DNA from: an uncultured Candidatus Saccharibacteria bacterium
GTDB taxonomy: Bacteria > Patescibacteriota > Minisyncoccia > Minisyncoccales > CAYTKG01
NCBI GenBank assembly: GCA_964501525.1
Contig: CAZCSI010000002.1
Location: forward strand, 1 to 46,124
Reading direction: 5' to 3'
DNA: 46,124 nucleotides
The notes under the pieces were generated by a model, which saw nothing but the letters and a program-made list of their open reading frames with translations, searched no databases and was not told the DNA's origin. Positions 43,476 to 46,124 of this stretch are shown in pieces. The first letter of the stretch is position 1. Every line of letters begins with the position of its first letter. Position numbers and translations under genes: made by a program.

Positions 43476-43955
43476 TCAGGCGTTGAGAAGGAAAATTGAA
43501 AGATTGAGTGACAAGGCATACCCGGTCCACAGCAGATAAGGCAGTAAAAGACAGGCCGCTTTTTTGGAGATCTTGTAAAAACTGATCATCGTAGCCAGAA
43601 TTGCTCCCCAAAGAAAAGTTATCTCTATCAGGCCGTAAAGAGGAGACCGAAGTGCGAAAAACAGCCAAGACCAGGCAATGTTCAAGCCGAGCTGAACAAA
43701 GAATAAAATCAGAGCTTTTTTAACTTTCTTCCCTTCCAGCCCTTTTTCCCACATCAACCAAAAGGAAATCCCCATCAAAACAAAAAGGATTGTCCAGGCC
43801 GGGGCAAAAACCCAGGAAGGAGGGGTGCAAACCGGTTTTCTTATCTCTGTGTACCAGGTTGCAACCGACTGCCTGGTAAAAAGAGAACCGATAAGCCCTG
43901 CGCTTTGGCACAGAACAATTGAGATGCCCAGCCTTAGAATTTTTTTGAGGTTCAT
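43476..43955 (-). CDS. tspO: TspO/MBR family tryptophan-rich sensory protein
   Basis: It has five TM helices, WYTEIRKPVCTPPSWVFAPAWTILFVLMG and a Trp-rich pattern. Confidence 0.85.
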   Translation of the reverse strand: MNLKKILRLGISIVLCQSAGLIGSLFTRQSVATWYTEIRKPVCTPPSWVFAPAWTILFVLMGISFWLMWEKGLEGKKVKKALILFFVQLGLNIAWSWLFFALRSPLYGLIEITFLWGAILATMISFYKISKKAACLLLPYLLWTGYALSLNLSIFLLNA

Positions 43956-44020
43956 AATGTTAAAATAAATGATTTTATTATCTTACCCGGTTTTTTAATT
44001 GGGTTTGAATTCCAAAGAAA

Positions 44021-44986
44021 TTACAATCCTTGTTCGAACACTATTGACTTCGGCTCTGCGCCCAGTTCCCGCAGGTGTTTTTTAATATCTCTTTCAAACC
44101 CGGGCGGCCCGCAGATATAAAAGCTTTGGGAAAAATCCTGGATATAATCTTTTAGAAAATCTTTGTCAATCAACCTGTTTTCATACCCTTTTTTCTGCTC
44201 TTCGGTTAAAGTTAGGACCAGATTCTCGCCCAGCATCTCTCTGAACTCTTTTTCCAGAATCACATCCTTTTGCTGTCTATTGGAAAAGATTAACTTACTG
44301 CCTTCCACTTTGTTTTTTTGCTTTAAGCTTCTGAAGATGGCTATAAAAGGAGTTACTCCGGCTCCGCCCGCCAGAAACACTCCCCTGTTTTTAAACTTTA
44401 TAGTGCCGAACGGCTGGTGCATAATAATTTTTTGTCCGGATTTTATTTTGTGCAGCTCTTGGGTTACTCCATTATGCTCCGGGTACTCTTTAATGATAAA
44501 CTCCAACACTTTGTCATGATTCAGGGAGGTAAAGGTAAAGGGTCTTTTTTCTTTCCGCCATCCTTTCCGGTCAAGGGCCAGATAGGTTGCCTGGCCCGGT
44601 GTGTACCGGAACCCTTCTGGCTTCTCGACGATGAATCTCTGAACATTGTGAGTCACGAACTCTCTCATTAAAACCTTTACTTTCCACTGTCTTTCGTTCT
44701 TGGGTTCCAGGTCTTTTTTAGCCGGTCCCTTTATCACTTTTCCTTCAGGGGAAAAAAAAGAGCCGTGACAAGGGCAGCTCCATCCTTTTTGTTCTTTATC
44801 CCAACTCAACTGACAACCGAGGTGGGTGCACTGGGGAGAAAGTTTGACCAGGGTTCCGTCTTCTTTTTTGTAAACCGCCGTTTTCTTTTTCTTAATTTCA
44901 ATAACCGCCCCCTGCCCTCTTTTTATCTCCTGGAGCGGTATTTTATCCGCCTTTTCTTTTCCCAGTAGATGTTTCAAATACTTCAT
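44021..44986 (-). CDS. Rieske [2Fe-2S] domain fused to FNR-type FAD/NAD(P)-binding reductase
   Basis: CTHLGC...CPCHGS is the Rieske motif. RPFTFTS (FAD), GGAGVTPF (NAD(P)) and YICGPP follow. Confidence 0.8.
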   Translation of the reverse strand: MKYLKHLLGKEKADKIPLQEIKRGQGAVIEIKKKKTAVYKKEDGTLVKLSPQCTHLGCQLSWDKEQKGWSCPCHGSFFSPEGKVIKGPAKKDLEPKNERQWKVKVLMREFVTHNVQRFIVEKPEGFRYTPGQATYLALDRKGWRKEKRPFTFTSLNHDKVLEFIIKEYPEHNGVTQELHKIKSGQKIIMHQPFGTIKFKNRGVFLAGGAGVTPFIAIFRSLKQKNKVEGSKLIFSNRQQKDVILEKEFREMLGENLVLTLTEEQKKGYENRLIDKDFLKDYIQDFSQSFYICGPPGFERDIKKHLRELGAEPKSIVFEQGL

Positions 44987-45051
44987 TTATTTTTTCTTAA
45001 TGTTTTTTTAGCTAAAAAAGTTTAAGAAAAATGAAAAGAAAAAAGTACAAA

Positions 45052-45660
45052 TCAAAAATCGATGACATATTCGTGAAACTTGTCTCCTTCAAAGGTGCAT
45101 TTTTTTTCTTTACAGACCGCTTTATCGCCACCGACCACCAGGTTTACCAGAGCGACAGAGTATCCCTCGAGGCATCGACAAAAAACAGGATGAAGTGCAA
45201 AGTCTTCAATTCTAATTACCACGCGCCTTTTTTCTTCATCATATTCCTTAACAACGGCTTTCCCTTTTGTCCAATATCTTCCCCACAACTTCGGAGCGTT
45301 TTTTAAAGCGCTCGGGGTGGAATAAAAGTACTTGGTGAAAAGTTTTGTAATCAAACTTTGTTTAAGGTGGAATTCACATATTCCTCTTATGCCGTCATCA
45401 TCCAAATTAAAAGCTTTTTTAATGGCCAACAGAGAAATGGCCCTTAACCCCGCCGGACAAAAGGACATCGCTTTCAAATCGTTGTAATGAAGAGGATAAC
45501 CGGCCTTTTCTGCCTCCTTTTCCACCTTCTCCAACCCTTCTTGGCCTTTATTCTTGAGAATCCATTTTCGATCAGCTAAAAGATTAAAGCCTCTCGTTTC
45601 TCCCTCGATATTCATCAGCTTTTTAACCACCTCTTTATTCAGTTCGTTTTCTTTTTTCAT
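45052..45660 (-). CDS. hypothetical protein, tentative V4R/DUF2378-like ligand-binding fold
   Basis: The C-terminal pattern FCRCLEGY...VCKEKKCTFEGDKFHEYVI resembles V4R-type ends. This is recognition by eye only. Confidence 0.45.
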   Translation of the reverse strand: MKKENELNKEVVKKLMNIEGETRGFNLLADRKWILKNKGQEGLEKVEKEAEKAGYPLHYNDLKAMSFCPAGLRAISLLAIKKAFNLDDDGIRGICEFHLKQSLITKLFTKYFYSTPSALKNAPKLWGRYWTKGKAVVKEYDEEKRRVVIRIEDFALHPVFCRCLEGYSVALVNLVVGGDKAVCKEKKCTFEGDKFHEYVIDF

Positions 45661-45880
45661 CTTTTTTCAAATAAAATTTAAACAAAATTAACCCGGCAAC
45701 GATAATAACAACAGCTGTGCCGACTCCGACCGCGATGTAATGTCCTATTCGGTCCTGTTTTAACTGTTCGTAAGAGGACAGAATCTTTATCTTGCTCCGG
45801 GTGGACAAGGTGGACAAAACGAACAAAGAAAGTGTTAAAACAGCTCCTGTTGTAAAAATGAAAATGTTTTTAAGCTTCAC
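45635..45880 (-). CDS. hypothetical small membrane protein (81 aa, GTG start)
   Basis: It has two hydrophobic helices and overlaps the downstream gene by 26 nt. No family was recognised. Confidence 0.4.
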   Translation of the reverse strand: MKLKNIFIFTTGAVLTLSLFVLSTLSTRSKIKILSSYEQLKQDRIGHYIAVGVGTAVVIIVAGLILFKFYLKKDEKRKRTE

Positions 45881-45969
45881 GAAAAATATTTTATGATATT
45901 AACTTAATCATATCACGAAAATGAACCAAAATTACCTTCGCCACTTAATTTTTAGGCACCTGATTTTTA

Positions 45970-45998
45970 ACTGTCTGACTGTCTGATAGTTACTGTCT
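45970..45998. repeat. three copies of heptamer ACTGTCT (two as the tandem 8-mer ACTGTCTG)
   Basis: Copies at 45970-45976, 45978-45984 and 45992-45998 were read directly. They lie about 90-120 nt upstream of the minus-strand cluster start. Confidence 0.8.
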
Positions 45999-46124
45999 TA
46001 CTGATGGAAGGCATAAAAAATTAATACCGTTTCTTTTATACTCGCTCAAGTTATAGTTATGCCTGAATCGTCAAAGCATTAATCTTATCCCGGCTGCCAG
46101 GACAAAAAGGTAGATAAGAGTTTT

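Noticed and set aside
43390-43668. 92-aa minus-strand ORF
   Set aside because: It overlaps the TspO 3' half in another frame and runs into the rrf2 promoter region. It has no supporting signals.
46071-46124. Possible 3' end of a minus-strand gene running off the window (…KTLIYLFVLAAGIRLML*)
   Set aside because: Only 17 codons are visible, which is too short to support as a feature.
1-46124. CRISPR arrays, rRNA, transposases, alternative genetic code (UGA recoding)
   Set aside because: No spaced direct-repeat array or non-coding gap over 280 bp exists. No rRNA-like or DDE/IS-like sequence was recognised. Conserved genes terminate at TGA/TAA/TAG at their expected lengths, so the standard code fits.

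Overview
This is a densely coded 46.1 kb bacterial window. It has about 50 genes, many 4-14 nt start/stop overlaps, no intergenic gap over ~280 bp, and roughly 43-45% GC by eye. The standard genetic code is used, with TGA acting as a stop. The content is mostly housekeeping. There is a split peptidoglycan/division set: a murF-like gene, femX-like gene and ftsQ at 1.3-6.1 kb; murG-ftsW-murD-murI-mraY-dac at 22-28.4 kb; and murC at 31.4 kb. There is a CIRCE-controlled hrcA-grpE-hsp20-dnaK-dnaJ operon, tRNA-Lys(UUU), and rplI, pyrG, rpmA, serS (partial), gltX, aspS and ppa. An rrf2-nifS-nifU-mnmA Fe-S/thiolation operon and repair/turnover genes (UDG family 4, YfiH, ThpR, HD, HIT) are also present. 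The compact genes, short HrcA, GAD-less AspRS and FemABX gene suggest a small-genome, possibly CPR/Patescibacteria-like organism, but that is inference only. I saw no rRNA, CRISPR array, transposase or recognisable defence system. The candidates most worth a second look are: (1) a five-gene, translationally coupled AmmeMemoRadiSam-type operon (33.3-36.9 kb) that also carries an EEP-fold hydrolase and a stand-alone Pol X 8-kDa (dRP-lyase-like) domain protein; (2) an AT-rich two-gene module (17.0-19.3 kb) in which an intact tyrosine recombinase is coupled to a recombinase-like paralogue with degraded catalytic residues and a ~180-aa C-terminal extension containing a possible PD-(D/E)xK-like segment; (3) a MurF-type ligase whose N-terminal domain is replaced by a polytopic membrane domain; (4) a ~60% GC orphan gene cassette with its own consensus promoter, strong SD and terminator between gltX and murG; (5) a TspO / Rieske-flavoreductase fusion / V4R-like cluster; (6) a recurring -10 hexamer 6-7 nt upstream of start codons that suggests leaderless transcripts; and (7) mnmA with no canonical start codon upstream of its PP-loop. 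All family calls come from motif recognition by eye; no searches were run.
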